Positions 1 through 12,930 are shown, numbered from the stretch's first letter. The stretch is DNA of 64,000 nucleotides from Microthyrium microscopicum (GCA_010405405.1 MU004236.1:1556070-1620069), one strand, 5' to 3'. Numbers and translations: made by a program. Notes: generated by a model from the sequence alone, not told the origin.

Positions 1-1075
1 ATAAAAGAAGTAAGTACCGTACTTCTAAATGGTATCTTGCGAGAAAACGAGAAAACGAGGAACCAAAATGAGCGGATATCGCAATAGTGGGATAATTTTG
101 CTGGCCAAACTGGCGAGGTTCGACACAGTTTCTTGGGCGAAATCCATTAACTTCTGTCAGTGTTGAGGCCAACAACTTTGATGGACGCGGCTTCATGGTG
201 TGCTTGACGCTTTGCAACAATATAAGGCAGCTCTGGAATCGCAGTCTACTGGTGCAGCTATTTGAGCCCGAAACCTTGTTCAAACTGCTCTCTGCCGGCA
301 TGTCGCTCCCGTCTATCTGTCAAAATAGCGACGGGACACCGAAAGAATAGAACTCTTGAACCTAGAATCTATGGAAGTACGTAGGACATAGTATGATCGA
401 AGCCTAGACGACTGGTCGGCCAATAGGTCTCCTGTGTATCAGAGACTTGGCCAGCACATCCTAGTCCTACAAGGCTGAGACCTGAGAGTAGCGGAATAAA
501 GGGAGGATATCCGTCCACAGATGATCGGGAAGGTTTATCAGCCAGGTTCTTTGATTAGCAGTCGGACTTTCGCTCTCCTCCAACAAACTTGGTCTATTGT
601 GCAATAACCGAACATATTTGGTAAGTCGAAGGACTCCGAATGATCTCGGAAAAAACCTTGTTATAGGATTCAGGTACAAATGAAGATATTTCAGATGTCC
701 ATGCCTCCGGGGCTGAGTTATATTGAGAAATTCTCGGGCCGCGATAGCGTCCAAGTTTCACAAAGAGCTATTCCAGGAGGGTAGCCATGGCTCTGGATTT
801 TCCTTTGGTCACCACTAGCTTAGATATTGCCTGTATATATTATCTTGGAAGCTCAACAGGGTAGCTCGTTGCTTGAGAAGAAGCAACTTGTAGTTCATTG
901 ATGTCACAGCAGGACCCCAGTGCATTCAAAGGTTTAGTACTTCCCGCCTCGACATTGTGATGCACAATGATAGCATATCATCGCTCGACTCGCGCCTTAC
1001 CAGTGTCAAGAAGGACATATGTAGTTGCGGGCGGCAACCCTTTTGCTCTTTTCACTCAAGAGGACTGCGTACATT

Positions 1076-2681
1076 ATGAGCAGTCCGGAAATTCCTTTAC
1101 CAGCTAAGATATCGAAGGTTAGCCTGTACGTGACGACATGGACACTCTTTGCAGCTGCTACGGCGTTTTTCGTCTCCAGGCTGGCTATTAGGATCAAATT
1201 TACTGGAAGTCTATGGGTTGATGACCTCTTGGCTGGATTTGCTCTGGTTCTGCTGCTGGTCAACGCGCTTCTAATCACAGTCATGGCGGACGATATGTAT
1301 GCTACGCTGGCTCTCTCAAATCTTGTCGGGTTAGGTGCTCTCAACAAGCAGAAAGACTTCTATGATACGGTTTCAACCTACATGAAACTGCAATTCACAG
1401 AGATGGTGGTTTTCTGGACGTGTTTGTGGTAAGATTAACTCCTGGATGCCATGCTATTCTTGACCCCAGACTACCTTCAGTTTCTGATGATTACATACTG
1501 ATCAAGCTCAGGATGGTCAAAGCTAGTTTCTTGTCTTTCTTTATACGGCTCACAACTGGACTGCCATTGTACCGAAGGATATGGTATGCAACAGTGGTTC
1601 TTACTTCTGCTGGCTATATCGCGGCAATGATCACATATCCGCTCTCATGCTCCTCATTCGTACCAAGTGAGTTCCCGATTGGAGAGCAACCACGTTCGAG
1701 CCAATTCCAGGGACTAACGTGAATAGTGGAATGCGAAAATGATAGAAGCGTAAGGCTGTCATTACTATCACTGCGGGTTAGTACCGCCCTAGATATCGCC
1801 TCAGACCTGGCCATAATATGTCTCCCGATGTCTCTCGCATTCAAAGGTATATTCCATATCACCACTGGAAGAACCATAGTAACTGTCGTACAGTGCGTCT
1901 ACCCCTTCGTTCAAAATTCGCCCTCGCTGGAATATTCTCCATCGGCTTTCTCATCGTCGCCATGGCCATGGTCCGCATCATAATAACGAACAACGACATC
2001 GGCAAACGACCAGAAGTCTCCTGGCTCAATCTCTGGAACGCAGTTGAAGCTTCCACAGCCGTAATCATCGTCAGCCTCGCCTCCTTCAAACACTTATTTA
2101 GCGGAGGAATACAAAGTGGGTCAGAGGAAAACCACCGGTTCAAAAATCGACCCTGGAACCCGTCAGAGTCCACATCAGGCCAAAAGAGCGAGAAATTGAC
2201 CAGCGATCATTCAGTGACTTACAGACGAAGCTCATGGGCCAGTGAAGCCATGGCCGCCATGCCACGAGTACATATGCGACCCGGTAAACGCGGCCCACAG
2301 ACGAGCGTCACTACAATCCCATTGTCGGAAAGAGGCACGAATGGTTGGAGGAAGAAGTATGGGGAGATTGTGGTGACAAAGTATTATACAAGACAGACCT
2401 ATTACGATGGCATGAGCTGACAACCATACAGCGAGTTTGACCAGAGAACGGCTGACAGTGACAGTCTGCTCGAGCCCCCAGACAATCAGCAGATGTCGTT
2501 TTTCCACGACGCAAGCACAGCCTCGCCCCGAAGCGTGAGCCCAATAACTCATCGACGGCCATCTATATCCAGTTCACGAACATCCAGCGAGCGCATACTT
2601 CCTTTACAACAAACGACGCCGGCGGCAGGAAGGCTGACGCCGCAACAGCGGTTAGGTCCGAAACTTATTTTCACTGACTAG
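1076..2681 (+). CDS. Pth11-like integral membrane protein (fungal rhodopsin domain, GPCR-like); exons approx 1076-1428, 1512-1666, 1727-1846, 1894-2380, 2432-2681
   Basis: Spliced ORFs give RLAIR..WVDD, LWMVKASFL, DIASDLAIICLP, IFSIGFL..VR and WNAVEASTAVI, typical Pth11/rhodopsin-domain motifs; all four introns are GT-AG and restore frame. Confidence 0.85.
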
Positions 2682-2794
2682 TTCTTCCCCCCAAGGACGA
2701 AATTACGTTATTGAGTCTGCGCACTGATTTCGCCATAGCACCATCTGTATATACACTCACGCATGATATCCCAATACTAGATTCTATTTCTCTA

Positions 2795-4327
2795 TTAGTC
2801 TATGTACTTTTTCAATCCTCTCAGCCTTTCCTTCGCAGTCTCCAGTACCTCATCATCCTTACATACCGCAAACCGTAGATAATCTTCCACGATATGCGCA
2901 TTCTGCGGCGTAAAGAACTCCGTCGGTGGAATCGCCGCCACACCCAGCTCCATAATCAAGAACCACGCAAGTTTGAAATCACGCGGTCGGTTCGCTACAT
3001 GTGACGGGAATTCATAGCTCTCTGGCAGCTTGACGCGGCTCATATTGACGAGCACAAAGTAGCCGCCCTCAGGATCAGAGTACTGATGCAGAATTAGCCA
3101 TCGCGCTGCGAGAAGGGAGAGTTGTGAGTGCTGGTGAGATGTAAGCTTACCGGAAGACCCAACTCATCCCATATCTTGTTGAAACTATCCATCTTCCCCT
3201 TCATCTCCCTCTTACTTTCCTCCCAAAAGCCATTCTCCTCCGCCTCCTCTAGCCCAATCGCCGTCGCTTCCTGTAGCGGGCTCACACTACTATAACAGAT
3301 CCTCGTATGCGCTGCACTAGCATATTTGATCAACTCCTTTGGCCCAATCAGCCAGCCCACCCGCCATCCCGTGCAATAAAAGATCTTGCCACCACTGCCC
3401 ACCGTGATCGTCAACGCCGCAATCTCAGGACTTATTGTCGCGATGCGCGTGAAGGGAACATAGTAGAGACGGTCATAGACTTCGTCGCTGAGGATAATGA
3501 TACTGTGTTTGACGCATATTTCGCCAATGGCGGTGAGTTCGGACCGCGAAAAGACTTTGCCGATGGGATTATGAGGGCTGTTTATAACGACCATTTTTGT
3601 GCGCGGGGAGATGGCTGCTTCAAAGGCGGCAATGTCAAAGGACCATTCTGCTGCGCTGGATGTTTTGGTGGCGCCTGACGCGGGTGGATGCATGGGGACG
3701 TAGACGACTTTTCCACCAGGCATTTCGATATTGGAGATGTATTGGTCAAAGAACGGCTCAAAGACAATTACTTCATCACCTTGTTCTAGGAATGCCATGA
3801 ATGCGCTCAACATGCCCTCGTTTGCGCCAGTGGTCACGACGACGTCCGTCTCTGGGTCGAGCGTGCGGCCAAAGAAGGGGCTGTAGGCATTGGCGAGTGC
3901 TTTGCGGAGACGCGGACGGCCTTTGGTGGGTGAGTATTGGTTGCATTCGACGCGGTCAAGGGCAGATTTGGCGGCGTCAGTGACAAATTTGGGTGGGTTA
4001 TAGCCGAAGAAGCCTTGGCCCATGTTGACGATGGGTTGGATTGGGGAAGCGGCGGCTGCTTCGTTGATTATACTCCTATAATATGTTAGAATGATATGCC
4101 ATAATGGGTACTATATAAAAGCATTATCGTGAGTCTTACCAGACATCTTGTTGCTGAGTAGCAACTCTCGCCGCTGGGCGAACAGGAGCAGGCGCCATGG
4201 AATTGGAACTGAAATCTCTACGAAACCGAGTAATTGGATTATGAACAAATGGAGATGTAGATGGTGTGCTTGTTCTGATATGCTTTCTGAGAGTCACAGT
4301 CAGCCTGGTTATCGCCGCTCTTGTCAT
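2795..4327 (-). CDS. BNA3: Kynurenine aminotransferase (class I PLP-dependent); exons 4327-4140, 4075-3151, 3082-2795
   Basis: QQQDVW/SIINEA, NMGQGF, INSPHNPIGKVF, ILSDEVY, SGGKIFYCTGWRVGW (PLP Lys), PEGGYF, LRFAVCK. Confidence 0.92.
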
Positions 4328-4780
4328 TCCCGCCCGGTATCGGTCTCACAACCACTGTTAAGGAATCTTGTTTCTGGTACAATTAATCAGCCTGGCCTCC
4401 TGGAGAAATTTGATGCATTAGTCCATGAATAATCTCCAGTCAAGAGTAGCTAATTGCGCAATTGGTCCAATGAAGTTGAGATATCTCGGCATACCGAGTG
4501 CAAATGACGCAACTCGGTTAATCGGCAAGCCGAGCAGGTATGCGATACGCGTTTGCGTATAGGGGTTGAAGAGTCACAACAAGGTCTGGACATGTCATGA
4601 TTGCAAGATAGGGACTGCTTAGAGCTTAGCTTTCATATTCAAGCTACGGACGCTATGTCCAGATGCTGAGGATGGACCATCAGATAAATCAAATCGGGTA
4701 TATGGCAGGTGAAATCGAATCCAGACCTCCTCTCAAACCATATGCGCACGTAAACATACTCAGATTTCCATCCCTAGCGT

Positions 4781-7700
4781 CTAAGCAGTTGATTGAATAG
4801 CAGGTGATCCAATCTCAAGTCCGTTAGACCTAATCCTTTTTGACAGAAATTCATTTGATGGCGCGTCGTGCTCCACCACCCTCTTCTTGCTGCCTTTGCC
4901 GTTTTTGAATCGACCAAAGCCCTCGTCTACCCAATCTACAGCGAGGATCATGAAGCTACGCCCATCGTGGTTGTTACCCCAATGACGACTTTTGAGCCCA
5001 AAGCGTACCGAAGATGAATAGTCGACTAGTGGTGGCAACACCAGAATTGTAATGTGGCAATCAAGTCCTTTGGGCGGCACTGGCGGGCTTTCCAGTGGCT
5101 TGGTCAGCTCCTTGACTACCGGCGCATCTGCAGGAGGAGCGGGTGGGATGTCTAGCAGGCTTTCGTCCACGTCCGATGGCCATGCGCCACGGATCCAGCC
5201 GCCATGAATGGCAGCTAGCAAAGGATCGGAGTCATCTGTGTGGAGTTCAGAGCCGTACAGGTAGCGATCATGTTGAAGCTTGATACGCATATCATCAATC
5301 AAGTACTCGCGAGGAACACGGATTGTGTATGTACAATTATCGTCTTCATCGCTAAATCGACGTGGAGGTTCCCATTGCATATAGTAGCCATCACGGTCGT
5401 TCAACGCAACACTGGCGAAAGGTGGTGCTTTGAATCTGACTTGATATAAGGCGTTGCCCAAGTGGTTCCGCGGCTTCTCCGCAGCGCGCTTGAGGACTGA
5501 AGTCGAGTCGATAGAGAGAACTGGCTTGGGGATCGGAGGAGGAAGTGGAACTGAGGCTTGCGGTTGACCAAAATTAGTGCTTCTTGTAGCGGTGGGAGAT
5601 TCGTCATCAAACCGCTGGTCGAGGACTTGCTGGTGGAGCCTGAGCTTGTTAGTACCAATAGATCCAGTCATGACTTTTGTGATACTCACGTTTGTCTTGC
5701 GCGTTTACCACCTCTTCCACCAGAGCCAAGCGGCGTTCGTCTTCCATCCTCGTCTTCCATCCTGCCTCTGGGACCTCCCCTGCCACCTCTTGATCCAGCT
5801 CTTGACATCTTAGCACCATCATTATCGCTAAGAGTGATTGGCGCATTGTCCCTGGGGCCTTGGGGTACTGGGCTTTGTCTGGATGGTGTTAAACTACCTA
5901 CACCACCCAAACCACTTCCTAATCCCTGAAATATCCGACCAAACTCGCTTTTGATGCTTGGATCTTGTCCAGGGCCATCATATCTAGCCTGCGCACCCTT
6001 GACAGCTTGCGGTAACGGTGAGGCTCTACCTCGTTTATTCGGGTCCGATGAAATGCCCAAGAATGAGCGTGAAGCCTGCATCTCTTCTCCACTCTGTCGA
6101 CGCTGGGGAGGCTCGGTTCCTGGTCGCATCTCGAGACCAACAGGAGGTCTTCCGTCACGACGCTGCTCATGTTCGTACAATGGACGATTGAAAGCATGCA
6201 TTGATTCGGCAGTGTATTGTTCCTGTGCCGGCCTTGTAGGATCATAGGGCTGAGGGTGACTTCGTGGTGCTTCCGGGACTGGCGCAGACGTCGGAGGCTG
6301 CGTATAATACTGTCCACGGAAGCCTGTTCGCATTGGACCACTTGGTTCTTCCTTCTTGGGTTGTCCATATCCACGTCTTGACTCCTCTCGCAATGGATCC
6401 TGGCCCATCAAGTTTCTTCGAAGAAGATTGTTGTCATCTTGTGGTCGACTGACTGGCTGATATGATTGCAACCCCAATGGCTGAGCCGAAATCGGTCGGT
6501 CCCCTGGCATCATAACAGCACCTCGATCCGAGTATGGTCCCTGTGGTGGAGGCCCTTCTTGACTAGGATTTCTTTGCATGATGTTGCCTCCAAATGGTGG
6601 TGGTCTAGGACCTACTGTTTGATCGTGATATTCCTGATTACGGGGCATGCCAAATGGACTAGGTTGACTCGGCGGTCGTGGTGGACCCCTATCATCACCT
6701 GGCCGTCCATCACGCACTTCTTGTGGGGAGCCGTGATACATTTGATGCCTTGGAGGAGTAGGATGCGAATGGTAGTTTGGTGTTGGATTTCGAGAATACT
6801 CTGGAGATTCTCTTTGTGGTGGACCCGGGACATAGTATTGCGGAGAAGAAGCAGAGCCATACTGTGGACCGTCTGGCATGCGAGAAGAAGGTGGCATTGT
6901 ATTCCTTTCAGGTGTTGCGGGTCTTCCCCATTGTCCACGCGACGCGGACGCGCTAGGCTGATGTCTTCGTGGAGAAGGTGGTCGCATATGGGTTGCAGTT
7001 TGCTGCGATGGCCCATGTTGTGATCGCGGAGGTTGAGGAGGCGCATCTCCAAGCAAAGATGATATAGACATGCCAGTGCCTTGCCGCGAACTGGATCCTA
7101 AGCTTGGAAGCTCTCTCGACGGAGTATAGGATGGGGGAGGTGGTGGTGGTGGGGGAGGTGGTTTAGACATTGGACGGACACCGTAAGATGGCTGAAAATT
7201 GTGCTGATCTTGTGAAGCTAAGTGCAATTAGTGGTAATATTACGAGTGAGTCGGATAGCTGCGTACGAGGTGCATAATATTTGGAAGGGCTATTGGCGCC
7301 TATGGAATTGCGCCTGGCGGGATCGTAAGAAAAGGGAGATTGATTAGATGCTGAAGATATAGGAGGAGGATGGTGAGCAGTTCGAGGAGAGCCTGCTTGA
7401 GGATTGTTGGCAGATGGACCTGTGTTGGAAGTAATCAGTATTGTATTGCGAACCGCGTGTATGCTCAGCAGCTAGGGGAGTTCCAGTTGCAAGTGGAGCC
7501 AAGCAAAGCTTCTCCTTCCATTCTGAGATCAATTCGGCGTTAGGCAGGAATGCTGAAGCCTCAGTCTCCCAAAAGTAAGGCCTTGGGCGACAAGGGGTAG
7601 AGATCATGGCGCTAACCGTATATAGAGTAGCGCGGGCAGGGCTGAGATTCTCCAGATCCACGCACGCTTTTGGATCCGAGCGTTCCTTCCTGCTGTCGTG

Positions 7701-8341
7701 TGTTTCAATTGCCGTGTTTGCTCGAGTCGACTCAAAATGATGCGCCCAGTCTCAGATAGGTTCCCGTTCACCAAAGCGACCAGTATCATGTATGTAGAGA
7801 CCCGATTTGCCCATTGTGCACCTTGCCGACTCGTGATGGCTTTACTGCAGGCAGGGAGCCGTCTAAGCTTTGCTGATGCTGATCGATATTTGGGTACCTC
7901 TAAGCGATTCCAGAAGACGACTCATCAACAAAGCTCAAAGAGCTTGCAGAACGGTTTGGTCTGGCAAATAACGGGATGCAAGTTCATGGGCCAGAGAAAT
8001 AAATATAAGTATAAAATCAGGTTTCACATACCTGAAGTTGCAGACCAGCCGCTACTGACTGATTCTCGCGAAGCATGACCCATTGCTGAGCCTTCTCGAC
8101 TCAACTGTGGCCCATAGCCTTCTTGTCGAGGTTGTTGTTGTGGGTTCGGGAAGAATGGATCAGGGGGACGACTTCGAAATGGATCGGAAAAGGGTATTTG
8201 CATGGGCTGATGCTGTTTGTTGGGTGGCTGCGGATAGTATGAAGGCTGCGCTGGCGGCGCACTCGATTGAGAGTAGGACATGGGAGGACGTTCTTGTAGA
8301 GGCGAGAAGTGAGGATTCGGAGGAGGTGGTGGTCGGTCCAT
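4781..8341 (-). CDS. RXT3: Rpd3L histone deacetylase complex subunit Rxt3-like protein with long Pro/Gln-rich N-terminus; exons 8341-8032, 7419-7267, 7217-5690, 5639-4781
   Basis: C-terminal Rxt3 domain motifs (RNHLG, NCTYTIRVPREYL, LYGSELHTDDSDPLLAAIHGGW, TILVLPPL..Y.S..RFGLKSR.WG..HDG.SF); splice junctions maintain frame. Confidence 0.85.
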
Positions 8342-8659
8342 GTTTGCGGAAGGAGGGAAAAATAGGTTATTAAGAAACAAAGCCTAGGTTGGGGACATGT
8401 CGAGATGTAATGGTGAAACAAGAGCTCAAAACACGGACGAGCAGTAGGCTGTATTGGTGCAGTGTCTCAAGGAGAAGTAGGCGCAAACAATAGCATTATA
8501 GAGTGGCAAGAGAAGTTTGTGGTGTCGGGCAGGGAAATAGTTGAGATTGGGGATCGAGGAGAGAAATGGTAGAGACGGTGAGGACTGAGGAGCATTTGCT
8601 TGAAAGGAACATTTGAAGAGTCCACTGGGACCAGCACAGAAGCACGACAGACAAGAGCC

Positions 8660-8735
8660 AACAACACACTGCACACTGCACACTGCACAGGCAGAAGGGG
8701 CCTGGCACAGGACAGACAGCAGACAGCAGACAGCT
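8660..8735. repeat. Short simple repeats (CACACTG x3, GACAGCA x2-3) upstream of RXT3
   Basis: cacactgcacactgcacactgcacag and gacagcagacagcagacagc seen directly. Confidence 0.7.
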
Positions 8736-9326
8736 AGAACAGCGCAGGTCAAAGGCAACCAAAACCTTGTTGGCGATGCATCATGCTTGTTCCCTGCCAC
8801 AACAGTATTTCAGCGTGCACTAGTTGATTGTAATACGGGGGATTTGCTGTGCTCAGACGTCAGAAGCTCCTCAGTCAGGAACCCTTTTCCGTATGTATCA
8901 GCTTGGTTCCTGAGCAGATCCGACATGAGATACCATGAAATTTGCTATTTCTATACAATGGGTGGTAGCTGATAATATTGTGATATTGAAGAGTATTATG
9001 TACATCTCCGATTCGATTAAACAAGGAAGGAGCAAACGCACAGATGCGGAAAGAAACGGTGATGGTTCTTTCCTTTTCAACCTCGCTCTCTCCTCTCTAG
9101 GCCAGCCCAGGCCAGGATCATGGATGGCACGATAGAGACAGGGATGCCTCATCTTGAACCTCCGTCTAGTCTTGGCAGTCTAACCCACCTCTGACGTAAA
9201 TTGGCATGTGCTCCCATCCCTACCCCATGTGCTCTTTCCTCAACACCAAATGTATGGTTCCCTATACACATGGCCATGTATGATACTTATATCGTGTATA
9301 TAGAAATCATGTAGCATAATACCGAC

Positions 9327-10785
9327 ATGCTCCCTATGCCATTCTCCCCCTCTTCTTCCTGGCCCGCCTACAAGGCTCGTCTAAAGTCTCTCTTTGATGG
9401 CATTGACTCGAGAGTCTTCACTGCATTCTGGTTCTTTGGTACGCTCTCTCATCATACATTTCTCAGCGACATGCGCAAACTAGAGCATAAGCCCGCTGAC
9501 TTATGATACAGGTCTGATCAACAATGTCCTCTACGTGATCATCCTCTCCGCCGCTCTCGATCTCGTTGGCCCTTCAATCCCCAAATCTCTCGTCCTCCTC
9601 GCCGACGTACTCCCCTCATTGATCACCAAGCTCGTTGCGCCATACCTTCTCCATCTTATACCGTACAATGTCCGCATATTTGGTCTCGTCGTTGCTCCCG
9701 CCAGCTGTGGCATGCTGCTTATCGCTCTGTCGCCTGGCGGAACAGCGGCTGTGCCGGACACTAGAACATCCACCATCGCCATGAAGCTATTTGGCGTAAT
9801 GCTAGCAAGCTTCGCATCAGGAGCCGGCGAACTGACATTCCTCGGCTTAATGCACTACTACGGGCGCTGGTCACTCGCAGCCTGGGGAAGCGGCACAGGA
9901 GCTGCTGGATTAGTCGGCGCATCAGCATACGTCGTAACAACGACCTGGATTGGCCTCAGCGTACGAACCAGTCTCCTCACATTCGCAACACTTCCCCTCC
10001 TCCTGATCATATTCTGGGTCTTCGTCCTTCCCAAAGAGGCTCTAAATACCAAAACAATCAGCGGCTTCAGCACAATCGCACCCCAAGAACGCGAGACCGC
10101 ATCGGAGCACTACCACCGCGAAGACGATGATCTCGACGACTCCATCACCGACCTCAACTCCTCCTCTGCCGCTCTCATAGCAACAGAAGCTCAATCCCTC
10201 TACCACACCACCACACAAACAACACACCCCTCATTCACCCAAAACCTCGCCCGCGTCCGCCGTCTGATAATCCCCTACATGGCACCCCTCTTCCTCGTCT
10301 ACCTCTCCGAATATCTCATCAACCAAGCAGTCTCCCCCACCCTCCTCTTCCCCCTCCCCAGCACCCCTTTCAAATCCTATCGCGAATTCTACCCCGTGTA
10401 CGCCGCAATTTATCAAACGGGCGTCTTCCTCAGCCGGACCTCCATCGCCTTCTTCCACATCCGCCATCTCTACGTTCCCTCGTTTCTCCAATTCGGCAAT
10501 CTAGCGCTTTTGAGTGCGCACGCAATGTTTGACTTTTTGCCGAGTGTGTGGGTGGTGTGGATGGTGATCTTTTGGGAGGGCTTGTTAGGTGGCTTGGTGT
10601 ATGTTAGTACGTTTGCGGCCATTACGGAGGGCGTGAGACTGGAGGATAGGGAGTTTAGTTTGAGTGCGGCGAGTGTGAGTGATAGTGCGGGGATTACGGT
10701 GGCGGGATTGTTGGGGTTGGGGTTTGAGAGTGCGTTGTGTCGATATCAGGTTGCGCATGGGAGGGATTATTGTAGGAAGTTGTAG
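9327..10785 (+). CDS. BTN1: Battenin / CLN3 family vacuolar/Golgi membrane protein; exons 9327-9438, 9512-10785
   Basis: AFWFFG/LINNVLYVIILSAALDL, LLADVLP, ASGAGELTFL, WGSGTGAAGL, EYLINQ, YQTGVFLSR, EGLLGG..YV, REFSL. Confidence 0.95.
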
Positions 10786-11050
10786 GATGGGACGGGACAT
10801 TTTGATACCAGCATTCTAGCAAATAGCGAAGCTTTGGAGGCGTTGTATATATTGCGTTTCAGAGTCAATGAATAGACAATCTTCACATCATATGCAATAG
10901 GCGAATTGGTCCATAGCTTGTTTTCATTGTTCAATATCTCCCATTACACGCTTGAGCCCAATCCGCTCAGTCAATCGTTAGAACCTCCGCAACTCTTCGC
11001 CAGTACCCAGAACATCATACAAAGTCTCCCAGCCACACCATCAGACCACT

Positions 11051-11743
11051 TCACCAACCCTCAATCTTCTCCTCATCACCAATCGGCTCCTCCGGCAAGG
11101 CTCGCTCAAAATCATCCGGCATATGATCCGCCGATTCCACCCACCTACTAACCTTCTCCCCAGTCTTCCAGCTCGTGTACGTAAACGAGCAAGGAAATCG
11201 ATATTCATTACGGTCTCCCCAGTACACCCGACTGTCACGCACCGCCGCCTCGTCCCACTCGTGTTCGCCCAACAGACGATCCCAACGACCAAGGTTTGCA
11301 TCCCAGTGCAGTTGGCAGCATTGCTGACAGTTTGGGTAGCATCCGATGTGGTAACATCCATAGGGGTAGTAGAATTGCTCCAAGGTGGCCGCGGCTGGGC
11401 TGAATTCGCGCGGAGGGCACATGTTTACGCCAGGCAAAGGGGGTGGGTCGTGGTAGAGACCATGCATTGCGTCGTATCTCATTTGTGGTCCAGTTGGGAG
11501 AGCATATGTTCGATTGAAATTGCTACGTCGATAGGCGCCAATTCGGCGGCTGCTGGTAGCTGAGTGGTTGCTTCTGGTCTGTGTTCTCCCTGCTCGAATG
11601 CTTCCGTTGGCGCGGCCGTTGGGGTTGATATAGGGTGCTGCATTCAGATCGGGGCCTCTGGGAGCTTGTTGGGAGCTGAGGTTGACGCGCTGAAGGTTAT
11701 CAGCAATCGGGTTGTTTGTTGTAGCAGAGAGTGTATCGGCCAT
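11051..11743 (-). CDS. Hypothetical protein (~230 aa) with Cys/Trp/Tyr-rich segment; upstream in-frame start at 11860 possible
   Basis: Long ORF; ACCATGG start context at MADTLS; no recognisable domain. Confidence 0.55.
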   Translation of the reverse strand: MADTLSATTNNPIADNLQRVNLSSQQAPRGPDLNAAPYINPNGRANGSIRAGRTQTRSNHSATSSRRIGAYRRSNFNRTYALPTGPQMRYDAMHGLYHDPPPLPGVNMCPPREFSPAAATLEQFYYPYGCYHIGCYPNCQQCCQLHWDANLGRWDRLLGEHEWDEAAVRDSRVYWGDRNEYRFPCSFTYTSWKTGEKVSRWVESADHMPDDFERALPEEPIGDEEKIEGW

Positions 11744-12065
11744 GGTGATGCTCTGGGTCTTTACAGAAACAGAAGATGTGTTCTGATGTTGAGAGTTGGA
11801 GGGGAAGGTTGAATTGGTATAAAAAGTGTGCGCTGAAGCTGGCGGTGTTGCCATACGCATTGGGCGTTCCTGCCTACTGTATCTGACTGCGTGCGCCTGA
11901 CCATCGCTCCTGCCGCCTGTTACAAGTGAGTGTAGTCAGGAATTTTTCTAGACTTGTAGCGTCAATAATAAACAAATTGAAAAAATAGTAGAAAGTTAGA
12001 CAAATGATCTTCTATTCATCAGCTTTTCCCCCTCTGCTGGCATCAAACATGTACCAAAACTATAT

Positions 12066-12930
12066 TTACAAAGTATCCTGCAGGAGCTTGTTCATTCGGG
12101 ACATCTTGGCAGCAACGCTGAGATCAATAGTACGGTCGCCAATCTCGACGACAAGTCCTCCTCTTATTTCTGGGTTGACCTACGTTATAATATTAGTATG
12201 CAACTTGAGACTGCGAGCATTGTAGCATACCTTTGGCACAACTTTGAGCTTTTGACCTTGCTCAACATACTTGCTCTTTCCAATAGCAGCCTCCAACTGT
12301 CTCAAGACCTTTTGCTCCAGAGGAACAGCACTTGTAACCACCAATTCGACCTCACCACGGTGCGCACTCATGAGCTGCGCAAACTTCTCGCACACACCCT
12401 CGAGCGCATTGAGACGGTTGTTCTCGGCTAATGTAGCAAGGAAGTTCTTGACCACATCGTTGGGCTGACCAGCGTGTTTTTGTAGCTCGGCAACGATTTG
12501 CTTCTTGTCGTCCACGGTCAGAGATGGTGCGGCGAGAACAAGTGGGAGCTTGGCATCCTTCTTGAAAACGGCATTGAGCGCCTCGATGGATTTAGCGGTT
12601 GGGTCGAGAGCGGAGGATTTGGCGGCGGCGGTGTACTGTGGAGCAGCTTTGTTAGCATTCATCTTGCGAAATATTTGTGCTTCCCGAGGTTATCTCGCTG
12701 TCCACATGAAGAAGGTATCGTTTTGTGATTTTCCTCAGAGCTCAAGGGAGACTCAATTGACATACCAGTGCACTAGCATAAGTTCCATCAACTCCATAGA
12801 GGGCGACTGGAGGTCGTGTTGATGATCCTGAAGCTGCCGCTGCGTAGGTTCGGATAATGGATCGAGGAGCGATTGGGCTTGACCGGGCAGCTTGCCGAGC
12901 AGCCTGAGCAGCTAGTCGATTGGCAAGCAT
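12066..12930 (-). CDS. ATP5: Mitochondrial ATP synthase OSCP subunit; exons 12930-12766, 12635-12231, 12179-12066
   Basis: Arg-rich presequence, PPVALYGVDGTYASAL/YTAA, NFLATLAENNRL, VTSAVPL, VNPEIRGGLVVEIGDRTIDLSV. Confidence 0.97.

Noticed and set aside
467..754. 95-aa minus-strand ORF
   Set aside because: No ATG start and no recognisable motif
2381..2681. Apparent TGA-CAA stop-codon readthrough in the Pth11-like gene (frame stays open to 2681)
   Set aside because: The TGA is part of the GCTGAC branch point of a 51-nt GT-AG intron (2381-2431); splicing explains it
12636..12765. snoRNA in the 130-nt ATP5 intron
   Set aside because: No properly ordered C/D boxes or H/ACA architecture seen
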